Shown here: one piece after another, positions 37,731-47,111 of the stretch
Numbering within the stretch: position 1 is the stretch's first letter
How the letters are laid out: each line of letters starts with the position of its first letter
Origin: Candidatus Brocadiia bacterium
GTDB taxonomy: Bacteria; Planctomycetota; Brocadiia; SM23-32
Assembly: GCA_046538485.1 (NCBI GenBank)
Contig: JBKHIT010000022.1
Coordinates: forward strand, 1 to 64,000
Length of the DNA: 64,000 nt
Direction: 5' to 3'
Program-made: the position numbers and the translations under genes
Notes under the pieces: model-generated
Databases searched by the model: none
Seen by the model: only the letters and a program-made list of their open reading frames with translations
Told to the model about the DNA's origin: nothing

Positions 37731-39155
37731 ATGGGTGTGGTGGATCTATACCAAAACGGTGACAGGAGCCGGGAACGGGCTGCCGCGCAAACGCATGAAG
37801 CGAGGACACCTTGGCGGAGGGATTATGCGCGGGTAATCCACTGTTCCTCTTTCCGGCGACTCCAAGGGAAAACGCAGCTTTTCCCAACACACGAATCAGA
37901 TGTTTTTCGGAACCGCTTGACGCACTCTTTGGAAGTAGCGCAGATAGCCAAAGGTATAGCGGGACGACTGAACAAACGTCATTGCTACTTCCGCGAGAAC
38001 AATCTAAGCATCGAACTCATTGAAACTGCGGCGCTGGCGCACGACCTAGGACATCCTCCTTTCGGCCATGATGGCGAACTTGCCTTGGATAGGGCTATGA
38101 AAGCGTTTGGGGGGTTTGAAAGTAACGCTCAAACTCTTAGAGTTTTATCAAAACTTGAGAAAAAAGCTACTTGCGAAACGGAGAACAGGCCGGCAGATTC
38201 TGTGGAAGTTCTAAAAGGGCAGGATAATAGGCTTGGTCTAAACCTGTGTTACAGGACATTGGCCTCGATCTTGAAATATGATACCAAGATAAGCCGAGAC
38301 AGGTCAGACGCTAATCACCTGCAAAAAGGTTATTACGAGACTGAAGCTCACATTGTCAAGACTATCAAAAATCAGGTTCTGCAGGGGGAAAAAGCCAAAC
38401 ATTTCAAGACTGTTGAATGCAGCATAATGGATGTTGCGGACGACATCGCTTACTCTACATACGATCTTGAAGATGCTCTCAAAGGCGGGTTTCTGAACCC
38501 TTTGAGCATGCTTGCTGCTGACGACGAGATCCTCGATTATGTTGCTAACAATGTCGAAAAAAGGATCGGTGAAAGCTTTACCAAACAGGATGTGCAAGAG
38601 GTACTCTGGGCTGCATTCCGCGAACTATTTGAAGGTTACGAAAACATTGATAGCCCCAGCAAACTACAGAACATTGTAGCGCAAATCTACGAGGCGTCCT
38701 CAGCGTTATGTTCGAACGGATATTTCAGGACGGACTTTACTTCCGATCTGATTAAAACTTTCATGGACGGTGTGGAAGTGGATTTTTGCGAGGGGCATCC
38801 GTGCCTTTCCGCCCTACATTTGAAATCGAAAATAAAGAAACATGTCGAAGTGCTGAAGCATTTTGTATATAAATCCGTTGTGACTTCTCCACACCTTAAT
38901 ATCGCGGCCGAGAGAGCGCGAACAATAATACAACAGCTTTTCGAAGACTTGGCCGGTGAAGACTCGTTTGAACGATCCAAGCCTGGTGCATTCTTGCCAG
39001 CAGATTTCAAGCAAATGTTTGAGGCTCTCGAAGAGGATTTTCTAAAAAAGCGCGTTGTAGCAGATTTCATCGCGGGTATGACAGATCGATACGCAGTCGA
39101 GTTTTATGGAAGGCTGCATTCTGAGGATCCCGCAACGATTTTCCGACCTCTTTGA
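37731..39155 (+). CDS. dgt: dNTP triphosphohydrolase (dGTPase, HD domain)
   Basis: RDYARVIH..SFRRLQGKTQ, RNRLTHSLEVAQ, LAHDLGHPPFGH.GE, FESNAQTLR, ADDIAYS and DFIAGMTDRYA motifs. Confidence 0.95.
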   Translation: MGVVDLYQNGDRSRERAAAQTHEARTPWRRDYARVIHCSSFRRLQGKTQLFPTHESDVFRNRLTHSLEVAQIAKGIAGRLNKRHCYFRENNLSIELIETAALAHDLGHPPFGHDGELALDRAMKAFGGFESNAQTLRVLSKLEKKATCETENRPADSVEVLKGQDNRLGLNLCYRTLASILKYDTKISRDRSDANHLQKGYYETEAHIVKTIKNQVLQGEKAKHFKTVECSIMDVADDIAYSTYDLEDALKGGFLNPLSMLAADDEILDYVANNVEKRIGESFTKQDVQEVLWAAFRELFEGYENIDSPSKLQNIVAQIYEASSALCSNGYFRTDFTSDLIKTFMDGVEVDFCEGHPCLSALHLKSKIKKHVEVLKHFVYKSVVTSPHLNIAAERARTIIQQLFEDLAGEDSFERSKPGAFLPADFKQMFEALEEDFLKKRVVADFIAGMTDRYAVEFYGRLHSEDPATIFRPL

Positions 39156-39283
39156 ACCGTCTGATAGCCCCATACAAGCTGCAACCGGGGAAGGGAGCTG
39201 ACAATGAATGGTTACATGGCAAAAAAGCTGAAATGAAGGACGCAATTCGTCCTGGGCCAGCCTCGGGCGCTTTCAGAACAACA

Positions 39284-39946
39284 TCAAACCTCTTCATCCG
39301 CCCCGGACAGCCGAAACGACATTGCCACGAAACCAAATCCTTCGTCGATCCTGTCCACGACCGGAATTAATGACAGATCATCGTCGGGGCCCATGGGCAA
39401 TGTGCTGGCGCCGCCTTCACAGCTGAAACCCACCGACTCCGCCAGCTCAATCGACTCCTCGCAACTGTAGAAACGCGTCACCGAATAAAATGGATTTCCT
39501 TTCCGCCCTTTCTGCTGGTAAAACTGACCCCACGAACTATCGGCCGGCACGATACCGATCACGAGTTGCCCTTCCGGTCTCACAACCCGCGCGATTTCTT
39601 TCAACGCCCGTTCCGGATCGTCGAGAAAACACAACGTCACCACAAGCAGCACGCCATCGAACGAATCAGGAAGATACGGCAATTCCTCGGCGACCGATTC
39701 ATGCGTTCTGATCCCGCGTTCGTGGGCTTTCTCAAGCATCGGCCCTGAAGGGTCGACGCCTTCCGGAATCCCGAGCGCATCGGCAAAACGTCCCGTTCCC
39801 ACACCGATTTCGGTCCATCCGCTCAGATCCGAAGGCAGGACCCTCTTCAAACACTCCACCTCCGCGGGGAACACAGCCCGGCCTTTCTCGCTCTCAAACC
39901 AGGCGTCGTATCGATCCGATTGATGATTGAACACTTCGTAAACCAT
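39284..39946 (-). CDS. Class I SAM-dependent methyltransferase
   Basis: YDAWF, EIGVGTGRF, GVDPS..ML and LCFLDDP motifs. Start at MVYEVF. Confidence 0.9.
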   Translation of the reverse strand: MVYEVFNHQSDRYDAWFESEKGRAVFPAEVECLKRVLPSDLSGWTEIGVGTGRFADALGIPEGVDPSGPMLEKAHERGIRTHESVAEELPYLPDSFDGVLLVVTLCFLDDPERALKEIARVVRPEGQLVIGIVPADSSWGQFYQQKGRKGNPFYSVTRFYSCEESIELAESVGFSCEGGASTLPMGPDDDLSLIPVVDRIDEGFGFVAMSFRLSGADEEV

Positions 39947-40035
39947 TTGCGATGTCTTTCTCAGAGATAGACTTGACGGCAAAAACAGCAATGAAAGCGG
40001 CGCCGAGGTGCCGCAGCATGCTTTCTCTATGCAAT

Positions 40036-40725
40036 TCAGCGGGAAACGTCTTCACTCTGCAAGACATATTCCACGGCATTTTCCAGCAATTTCAAAGTCC
40101 CGGTCTCGGCCGGGTTCACTTTCTTTTCAAGACTTCCTTCCGGATGCGGACTGAATATGACAATTCTCCCTTTTCCCCGGTTTCCGCAGACAATGGCTCC
40201 GCCGCCATCTTCGTATCTGGCCAGCATCCGCACATCCTTCCCGGGTTCAATAAGAGGACCATTCTGATAGTAGATTTTTTGTCTCCGCGGGCAACCAGCC
40301 GTCACCGGATGCCGGCCATCCACAATCTCGATCGTTTTCATGGTTTTGCCCGACCGGCGGTGATTGTGTTTCAGAAAAGCGGGCAACCCTCCACAATGGT
40401 CCTGGTGGATGTGCGAAATAACGACCGCATCCACATCATCCGGATCGACGTGGAGTTTTTTCATATTGTCCATCAAAATGTCGCCCTCGCCCCCCGTATC
40501 GAAAAGGATCGTTTCCTCAAGACCCTCCACGAGACAGCCGAATCCCCAGGCGGTTTTCAGGCCTTTTTTGTACGGATTATTATCGTAAACTATCGTAATC
40601 CGAATGGAATTATCTTTTACCAAATTAGATCGAGAACCCCGGTTGGCTGAGGAAGTGGTCCCGCAGAACAAGAGAATGCCCATCAAAAAAGCGCCCCCGA
40701 CACTTTGCTGAAATGATGAGAACAT
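40036..40725 (-). pseudogene. Chimeric ORF: N-half of an MBL-fold hydrolase fused to the C-half of a BPL_N/GATase1-like protein
   Basis: ITIVYDN..WGF..LFDTG..SHIHQDHCGG, then an abrupt switch to YYQNGP...LARY...GKGRIVIFSPHPE. Start uncertain. Confidence 0.65.
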
Positions 40726-40854
40726 TCTTGTGTTCGCTGTTATTTTGGCGCGCGCTCGCATTGCAGGTGATCCCGCTGGAAATCGTGGATCTCCGAAACG
40801 GATTTTTGCGAAACCCGGGGGGCCGGTGTTCAGAGTCACATAAGTCCCGGCATA

Positions 40855-41319
40855 TCAACCCTCACCATCGGTCTTCACCTTGATTTTCGGCACCATTGCA
40901 ACTTCAAACTCGAGTGCGTTGGAGATCAGACAGTTTTTCTCGGCAAGTTCCAGATTCTCGCGGACGCTTTCAACGTCTTCCTGCGAGGCCACGGTGACCT
41001 CCGCTTCGATTGTAATCTCAGTAAAAGTCAGTCCGTCCATTCCATAGACAACTTTGCCCTGGCCGGTGCTGCGGTAGCTCAAGAACTTGATTTCCGCTTT
41101 TATTTGATAATAAAGAAAGGTCGTCATGATGCAAGAATTTACCGCGGCCACCAGAAAATCTTCCGGGCTCCAGACCCCTTCTGGCCCCCTGAAATCGGCC
41201 GGGGTGGCGACTTCCAGGTCGGGTTTGCCCTCCGAACTCAGAACGCCTTTCCTTCCCTCTTTCCACTCGACTGTATTTTTGTACGTCCAGGACTTCTCGC
41301 GCGTCTGCGACTTCGCCAT
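40855..41319 (-). CDS. OsmC family protein
   Basis: WSPEDFLVAAVNSCIMTTF and AEKNCLISNAL motifs. Start at MAKSQT with GGAGG RBS. Confidence 0.9.
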   Translation of the reverse strand: MAKSQTREKSWTYKNTVEWKEGRKGVLSSEGKPDLEVATPADFRGPEGVWSPEDFLVAAVNSCIMTTFLYYQIKAEIKFLSYRSTGQGKVVYGMDGLTFTEITIEAEVTVASQEDVESVRENLELAEKNCLISNALEFEVAMVPKIKVKTDGEG

Positions 41320-41528
41320 ATTTCCCTCCCTGGATTTTTTTGAGATGGTAACGGCCATTGAAAAACTGACTTTCCCGAGGCCGGCAAGGCCCCGGATATC
41401 TTTCCGAAAATAGGTGCCTTCTATGGTTGAAAAATTGGCTATCCGTCGGAACACCCCTTCATTTTAAGGACACCGAACAGAGAGACGCAAACGTTCCCGA
41501 GGCGTCGCTCGATGGGAATTGGGCGATT

Positions 41529-42107
41529 CTAACGACTTCCTCGACCTGCGACTTTTTTCGAGCATGTAAATATCCGTCCTCGCACCAGTCGGCCGTCATG
41601 CACAAGTTTGCGCTTCGACTCACCGAGCAGATCAAAACCGGCATTGCGTACCTCTCGTAGTTGTTTGCGAAACGTCATGCCGTATTTTTTTAAATGTGTT
41701 GGGTAAAACGAAAGGCGTCCATCCGGTTTCAAAACTCGATGTACTTCTTCCAATGTTCGCGCTCTCTGTTCCGGCTCGGGAGCATAACCCCTATGCACCA
41801 CATCGTAGAGCAAAATCATATCGACTGTGCTGATTGAAAGCGGGATGGGATCTTCTTCGGACACATGCAAAAACTCAATATTGTTCAGGTCAGACTCAGC
41901 GACCTGGTTCTGAAGGTCCGTGAGGACTTCCCGATCCTTATCAAGAGCATAAACTTTGCCATCGGGACCCACGATTTGGGCAGCGGGTTTTGTATAGTTC
42001 CCATGATGGCAGCCGAAGTCAAGTACGGTTTGGTTTGCTTCAATACCAATCCTTCTCAAAAAAGACACCGCCTGCTTCTGCACCCACTGTTCGGCATCAG
42101 GTTCCAT
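41529..42107 (-). CDS. Class I SAM-dependent methyltransferase
   Basis: VLDFGCHHG, GKVYALD and RVLKPDG motifs. Confidence 0.88.
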   Translation of the reverse strand: MEPDAEQWVQKQAVSFLRRIGIEANQTVLDFGCHHGNYTKPAAQIVGPDGKVYALDKDREVLTDLQNQVAESDLNNIEFLHVSEEDPIPLSISTVDMILLYDVVHRGYAPEPEQRARTLEEVHRVLKPDGRLSFYPTHLKKYGMTFRKQLREVRNAGFDLLGESKRKLVHDGRLVRGRIFTCSKKVAGRGSR

Positions 42108-42146
42108 GGTTATTGTGCATCTTCAGCCGCTATTTTGAGTGAGTTA

Positions 42147-42273
42147 CGCACGGATACCGCTCCGCAGCAGATTCGCTTCCGTACTGCGGAGCGGGTCCAG
42201 AAACCGTGCGCGTGTTCCCGCAACCTGGCGAGTTTCCTTCGAGTCGGTCACCCCAAACTCGCCGTTTTGCGGG
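42147..42273. other. Two long nested intergenic hairpins
   Basis: CGCACGG/CCGTGCG enclosing CCGCTCCGCAG/CTGCGGAGCGG; CCCGCAA/TTGCGGG enclosing GGCGAGTTT/AAACTCGCC. Confidence 0.6.
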
Positions 42274-42295
42274 CGGCTCGAATATAGATCAGAAT

Positions 42296-42640
42296 TTAAA
42301 TGTCCAGCGTATCCAATCTTTCCAAAGATTCTTCGGCGATTTTTCTCTGAATTTCGAAATGGCGCCGCATTCGTTCGACGAACCCTGCGCGCTCCTCTTT
42401 CGTGTCGTAGTGTTTCAGCAAATCCTGCGTCCATTCCATATTCGCATCAATTTCAAGAGGCACGCGCTCGGCATCATGCCGCACAGCATCTTCGGGGCAA
42501 ACACCGTGGCAGATGCCGCACCGAATGCATTCTTCATTATCAATGTAAGCCGTTTCATCCGGCATGGCAATACAATCAACGGGACATTCCTCCACACATA
42601 CTCCACATCCAACACACGTGTCTTCATCTACCCAGGGCAT
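42296..42640 (-). CDS. 2x[4Fe-4S] ferredoxin with C-terminal helical extension
   Basis: CVGCGVCVEECP and CIRCGICHGVCP motifs. Confidence 0.9.
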   Translation of the reverse strand: MPWVDEDTCVGCGVCVEECPVDCIAMPDETAYIDNEECIRCGICHGVCPEDAVRHDAERVPLEIDANMEWTQDLLKHYDTKEERAGFVERMRRHFEIQRKIAEESLERLDTLDI

Positions 42641-42685
42641 ATGGTTCTGACCTCAACAAAAGTAAACAGGATTCAGAAAACGGGT

Positions 42686-43318
42686 TTATTCGGTTTTTTT
42701 GAGTTCATCGAGCAGCAATTGCCGCAGCCTATCGAGCGTAACGGGGTGCGGTTCCACCGGTATTTTCATGAAATCGGAAAATCCCAGCAATAATTCAGGA
42801 TCTTCCTGAATTAGTTCGTCATAATAGCCGTAAGCGTCGAGAATGATCGCTTTGCTGTTCTGAGGAAACGTTTCGTTCGCCAGCCCTGCGTCCCAGTCTT
42901 TGAAAATAAATTTCCAGTTCGCAACCCAACCAGGCGTAAGCCAGTAAATTTTGTCCTCGCCCGCGATCGATTCGCGCTCTTCGGCGTCCGCCATCATATC
43001 GATACAATTGGAAGCCTTCAGACGGGTGACCTGCGGCCCGTGCTCCTTGATAAGCGTCCTGAGGTCGCGCGAGGGATTACTCAGATCAACGAAACATTTT
43101 CCTCCGTAGGCCACAATCACTTTATCAGACGTTTCTTTCGCCTTCTCCAGCTGTTTGTGCAACTGTTCTTCCAGCTTCCGAGGCCACTCATGCAGACCGG
43201 GTGCCGTGAAATAAATGTGATCGGCGTCGAGAAAACCTTCCTCTTCCAGAATATGCATTTCCTGCCGTAAAGTGCCGCAAGAAACGACGCACGAGCCGGC
43301 GAAACTTTCCTCTGGCAT
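42686..43318 (-). CDS. DUF1638-like protein (corrinoid-methyltransferase associated)
   Basis: SCGTLRQE, GLHEWP.KL, AYGGKC, NCIDM and YWLTPGW motifs; divergent from the RACo gene. Confidence 0.8.
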   Translation of the reverse strand: MPEESFAGSCVVSCGTLRQEMHILEEEGFLDADHIYFTAPGLHEWPRKLEEQLHKQLEKAKETSDKVIVAYGGKCFVDLSNPSRDLRTLIKEHGPQVTRLKASNCIDMMADAEERESIAGEDKIYWLTPGWVANWKFIFKDWDAGLANETFPQNSKAIILDAYGYYDELIQEDPELLLGFSDFMKIPVEPHPVTLDRLRQLLLDELKKTE

Positions 43319-43371
43319 CACTCCAATTCCTCACGCAAGAGATTCCGCTAAATTGCGGAAAGTTTTGGTGC

Positions 43372-43415
43372 TTGACATTAATTCGCGAGGTATTATACTG
43401 TTCAATAGGTTGAAC
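43372..43415 (+). promoter_or_regulatory. Sigma70-like promoter followed by GTTCA-N6-TGAAC operator
   Basis: TTGACA(43372-77)-16 nt-TATACT(43394-99), then GTTCAATAGGTTGAAC (43400-15), 13/16 identical to 17439-54. Confidence 0.75.
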
Positions 43416-43516
43416 ATCAAGCCGCGAAGCGGGGCCGGGAAAATCCATTTTCGTCTCCCGCAGAGGTATTGGCGGTTGGAAATTGTTACATGCAGGACTC
43501 CCAGGAGTAGATTCCG

Positions 43517-45382
43517 ATGCCGGTTGTAAAGTTCGAACCTTCCGGAGCCGATATAGAGGTGGAATCGGGCACCAGTCTCCTTGATGCCGCGAGAGACGCT
43601 GGTGTTCGAATTCGCAACGATTGCGGGGGACAGGGCGTTTGCCGGCGCTGTGTTGTCCGCGTGGATCAAGGACAGGTCCATAGTTCGGGATCGACCGAGG
43701 ACCTGGCGGAAAATGAAACGCTCGCCTGCCGCACCCTCGTGCTCGAGTCGGACGTCACCGTGCACGTGCCGGAGTCAAGTCGAGAAGTCCAGGAAGATGT
43801 AACGATCTCAAAAGGCGAACCCTCCCCTGTATCGCATGATCCTGAAAAGAGCCCTGTACGAAGATTCGATCTATCGCTCAGTGAACCCACCCTCGAAGAC
43901 CATCTCCCCGATACGGAACGTCTGGTTCGGGCCCTGGAAGCTCAGGAAAAGGGAAACTACTCTTTTGCTCCCGGTCTCCTTCGCGTGCTTCCATTGCGCC
44001 TCAGAGACGCTGATTGGGAGCCCCGGGTCACTGTTGCTCGGGGACCGTGCGGCTATGAGGTCCTGGACGTTGAAGCCCGTGAGAGTTCCTGGCCCGCCGT
44101 CCTGGCTGTTGATATCGGGACGACCTCGTTGAAAGCGTCGTTGATAGCCCCGGGACCGCGCTGGAACGCATCGTGCTACAACAGCCAGATCGTTTACGGG
44201 CCCGATGTTATCTCACGCATAATTCATACCCAGCGGAACGACGGTGGGCTGAAGCAACTTCAAAGGCTTGTCATTGGGGATATCAACCGATTGCTCACAG
44301 CTCTTCTGAAAAAAGCTGACGTTGATCGTCAGGAAGTGCTCTCGGTTGTCGCCAGCGGGAACACCACCATGACGCATCTGCTTCTGGGCATGGAACCGGC
44401 CTGGATTCGACGGGAACCGTATGTCGGCTGCAGTTACCGTCTGCCACCCATGCGGGCCGCCGAACTGGATCTGCGTATTCATCCAGACGGGCTGTTGTAT
44501 TGTCTGCCATCGGTCAGTTCCTATGTCGGCGGGGACATCACCGCTGGCGTGATCGTCACAAAACTCTACCAGGCTCCGGCCCCGCGTATGTTGATTGACC
44601 TCGGCACAAACGGCGAGATTGTCATTGGGAGTCAGGACTTCATGGTTTGCTGCAGCGCGTCCGCGGGGCCGGCTTTTGAGGGCGAATCCGGCGCCTCGGG
44701 AAGCCGCGCCAAACCGGGCGCCATTGAATCCGTGCAGTGGCATGATGGCTTGCAGGTCAACACGATAGGTGGCAAATCTCCGGTCGGGATCTGCGGAAGC
44801 GGTTACATAGATCTTCTGGCGGAGTTGGCCGGACACCAGGTTATAAACCGATCGGGCAAACTTCAGCCCGGGGCATCGCATCGTGTTCTCGGCAACAGTG
44901 TGGACCAGATGGCATATATGGTTGTAGAAGCCGACGAAAGCGCGACCGGGAACGACATCGTGCTCACTCAGGCAGATATTAACAATCTCGTGCGGGCGAA
45001 AGGTGCCATTTACGCCGCGGCAAGCGTCCTGCTCGCAAGCCTCGGAATGGAATGGAAGGATCTCGATGAAATCATGCTTGCGGGCGGTTTTGGAGATAAA
45101 ATAAACAAAGAGAACGCCGTCCGCATCGGATTGCTGCCGGATATTCCCCGGGAGAAGATCCACTTTGTGGGTAACACTTCTTTGCGCGGGACAACTCTGG
45201 TGGCGGGCGATGCTGATCTGTTTGCCCATTCCGGTTCCATTGCACGTGCCATGACATATTTTGAGCTATCGACGCATCCGGATTATATGGACAATTTTGT
45301 GGCCTCGTGTTTTTTGCCGCACACACACGCGGATGAGTTTCCATCGATGGATCTGGAGAGAATCGCCAAAAATCGAGTCTGA
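43517..45382 (+). CDS. Third ASKHA-type RACo, close paralog of acsV at 6174-8030
   Basis: Shares long identical peptides with 6174-8030 (ASCYNSQ..YGPDVI, WIRREPYVGCSYR, MLIDLGTNGEIVIGS, MTYFELSTHPDYMD). Confidence 0.93.
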   Translation: MPVVKFEPSGADIEVESGTSLLDAARDAGVRIRNDCGGQGVCRRCVVRVDQGQVHSSGSTEDLAENETLACRTLVLESDVTVHVPESSREVQEDVTISKGEPSPVSHDPEKSPVRRFDLSLSEPTLEDHLPDTERLVRALEAQEKGNYSFAPGLLRVLPLRLRDADWEPRVTVARGPCGYEVLDVEARESSWPAVLAVDIGTTSLKASLIAPGPRWNASCYNSQIVYGPDVISRIIHTQRNDGGLKQLQRLVIGDINRLLTALLKKADVDRQEVLSVVASGNTTMTHLLLGMEPAWIRREPYVGCSYRLPPMRAAELDLRIHPDGLLYCLPSVSSYVGGDITAGVIVTKLYQAPAPRMLIDLGTNGEIVIGSQDFMVCCSASAGPAFEGESGASGSRAKPGAIESVQWHDGLQVNTIGGKSPVGICGSGYIDLLAELAGHQVINRSGKLQPGASHRVLGNSVDQMAYMVVEADESATGNDIVLTQADINNLVRAKGAIYAAASVLLASLGMEWKDLDEIMLAGGFGDKINKENAVRIGLLPDIPREKIHFVGNTSLRGTTLVAGDADLFAHSGSIARAMTYFELSTHPDYMDNFVASCFLPHTHADEFPSMDLERIAKNRV

Positions 45383-45408
45383 TTTGCCCCGAAGAGAAAG
45401 TCCTGCAG

Positions 45409-45528
45409 ATGGCCAATATTCTTTACGTGGGAGACAAGTCCAAAGAAATCGAGGAACTGTCCGGAACTCTGCAGGAAAACGGACACTCTGTTGAGCGTGC
45501 GGAATGTGCCGAGCGGGCGATGTTGTAG
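45409..45528 (+). pseudogene. Truncated paralog of the receiver protein at 2074-2463
   Basis: MANILYVGDKSKEIEELSGTLQENGHSVERAECAERAML* aligns with MARILYVEGKS...GHCVEVAHCAERAML; stops at TAG after 39 aa. Confidence 0.8.
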
Positions 45529-45565
45529 CCGAACATTGAAAGACTTATTTCTGGAAACCAACACG

Positions 45566-45943
45566 ATGAAAACTGCAAAAGGCGAGACGGAAACGACGGA
45601 TATGACCAAACCGGACCCGTTACAGAATAATCTTGCAAAATTAAAGCAAAGGGTTTCGGTACTGCTTGAAAAAGCCAAAACGACCAGAGAGCGGATCGAA
45701 AAGATCAGCGATTCCTCTGATACTGAGACGGTGCCCCGCCGTGCGGTGGTTGAACGATCGAGATGTACGGCGTGTGGTATCTGCCGGGAAAACTGCTCCC
45801 ATAATGCCATTCGGATCACTTATATCGCTCAAATTGATACCGACAAATGTACCGGATGCGGTACGTGTGTTGACGTTTGCCCCCGTGGAGCCATTCGATT
45901 GGCTGCTGCCGATGAAGACAGTGCAAAAATAGCGGAGATCTAA
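45566..45943 (+). CDS. 2x[4Fe-4S] ferredoxin with N-terminal coiled coil
   Basis: CTACGICRENC and CTGCGTCVDVCP motifs. Start 45566 or 45602. Confidence 0.85.
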   Translation: MKTAKGETETTDMTKPDPLQNNLAKLKQRVSVLLEKAKTTRERIEKISDSSDTETVPRRAVVERSRCTACGICRENCSHNAIRITYIAQIDTDKCTGCGTCVDVCPRGAIRLAAADEDSAKIAEI

Positions 45944-45947
45944 CGCA

Positions 45948-46547
45948 ATGTTTGAATGGATAGAAGGTGCGGATCACCTTGATTCGATTAAGCAAGATGG
46001 TGAAGATTTCTTTCTGCTGGCTTTTGTTGGCGAATTCTCCGATGCTGCCCAACGGGCCATCGACGAACTGAAAACGTTCGCCGGAAATTACGAGGATATT
46101 CCCGTTTACGCCGTGGATGTCGGAAAGGTAAAAGGACTGCACAAGCAGTTCGACGTGGAGCGCGTTCCGACTGTCCTCGCCATCGAGGACGGCGAAATCA
46201 AAAAATCCATCGAGGGCGTGCAAAGCGCCCGTTTCTATGGATTGCATTTCGGCGGTGCGGCTCCCAGCGCGGTGGCAGGACGGTCCGACGAGAAAAAACC
46301 GCTCAGGGTTACCGTCTACAGCGGGCCCGGATGCCCTGCGTGCGGGACGCTGAAAACTTACCTGCGAGAACATGATATTTCCTATCGGGAAATCGATATC
46401 TCACGCAACCAGAAAGCGGCCCAACAGATCGCCCGCCGGAGCGGAAAAATGGCCGTCCCTCAGACGGATATCAATGGACACCTGGTCGTCGGGTTCGACC
46501 GGGCAAAACTCAATAGACTTCTTGGAATTCAGGAGGAAGGAAGATGA
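45948..46547 (+). CDS. Thioredoxin-like + glutaredoxin/NrdH-like fusion
   Basis: N-domain Trx fold without CxxC (FDVERVPT); C-domain GCPAC, GKMAVPQ, VVGFD. Confidence 0.85.
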   Translation: MFEWIEGADHLDSIKQDGEDFFLLAFVGEFSDAAQRAIDELKTFAGNYEDIPVYAVDVGKVKGLHKQFDVERVPTVLAIEDGEIKKSIEGVQSARFYGLHFGGAAPSAVAGRSDEKKPLRVTVYSGPGCPACGTLKTYLREHDISYREIDISRNQKAAQQIARRSGKMAVPQTDINGHLVVGFDRAKLNRLLGIQEEGR

Positions 46548-46828
46548 AGATCGTGCCGATCAATGGCTATGTGCTGGTCAAACCTCTGGAAGCCCCCAAC
46601 ACAACTCCCGGAGGAATCCATCTGCCCGACAGCGCGAAAGAGCAAAAGGCCGAAGGCGAAGTTGTGGCCGTAGCTGACGACGCCACCGAAGACGTCGCTG
46701 TTGGCGACCGAATCATCTACAAGGAATTTGGCGGCACAGAGGTCAGCATCGAAGGTGAAAAATACGTTCTCCTTGCGACTGATGACCTTCTCGTTAAATA
46801 CGTCGCCGCCGATACGATCCCCGAATAA
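46544..46828 (+). CDS. groES: Co-chaperonin GroES (no adjacent groEL)
   Basis: TPGGIHLPDSAKE, GEVVAV and VGDRIIYKEFGGTEV motifs. Confidence 0.93.
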   Translation: MKIVPINGYVLVKPLEAPNTTPGGIHLPDSAKEQKAEGEVVAVADDATEDVAVGDRIIYKEFGGTEVSIEGEKYVLLATDDLLVKYVAADTIPE

Positions 46829-46853
46829 AATCAGCAAAAACAAGAGGACAAAA

Positions 46854-47027
46854 ATGGCTGCTATTGTCGACGAACAAATTTGTACAGCATGTGGGATCTG
46901 CGAGGATGAGTATCCTCAGGATGCCATTGTGGTCGACGGAATCGCAAAAGTCGATCCGGATCTGTGCACAGAATGTGGAATATGCGTCGATGAATGCCCC
47001 AATGAGACAATTTCTTTGCCAGAATAA
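46854..47027 (+). CDS. Small clostridial-type ferredoxin, 57 aa, one Cys replaced by Tyr
   Basis: GAGGA RBS; CTACGICEDEYP and CTECGICVDECP. Confidence 0.85.
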   Translation: MAAIVDEQICTACGICEDEYPQDAIVVDGIAKVDPDLCTECGICVDECPNETISLPE

Positions 47028-47111
47028 GACTCTTGAGCTCCGGGCACCAGTGCATCGCATTGAAGAAGGCAACGGAGCTGCACATCGGCTGAAGAAAGGT
47101 GGGAGGAACGG

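Noticed and set aside
45526..45630. Pyrrolysine readthrough of the TAG in the receiver stub
   Set aside because: Downstream in-frame sequence (PNIERLISGNQ...) does not resemble the paralog's continuation, and no pyl genes are present.
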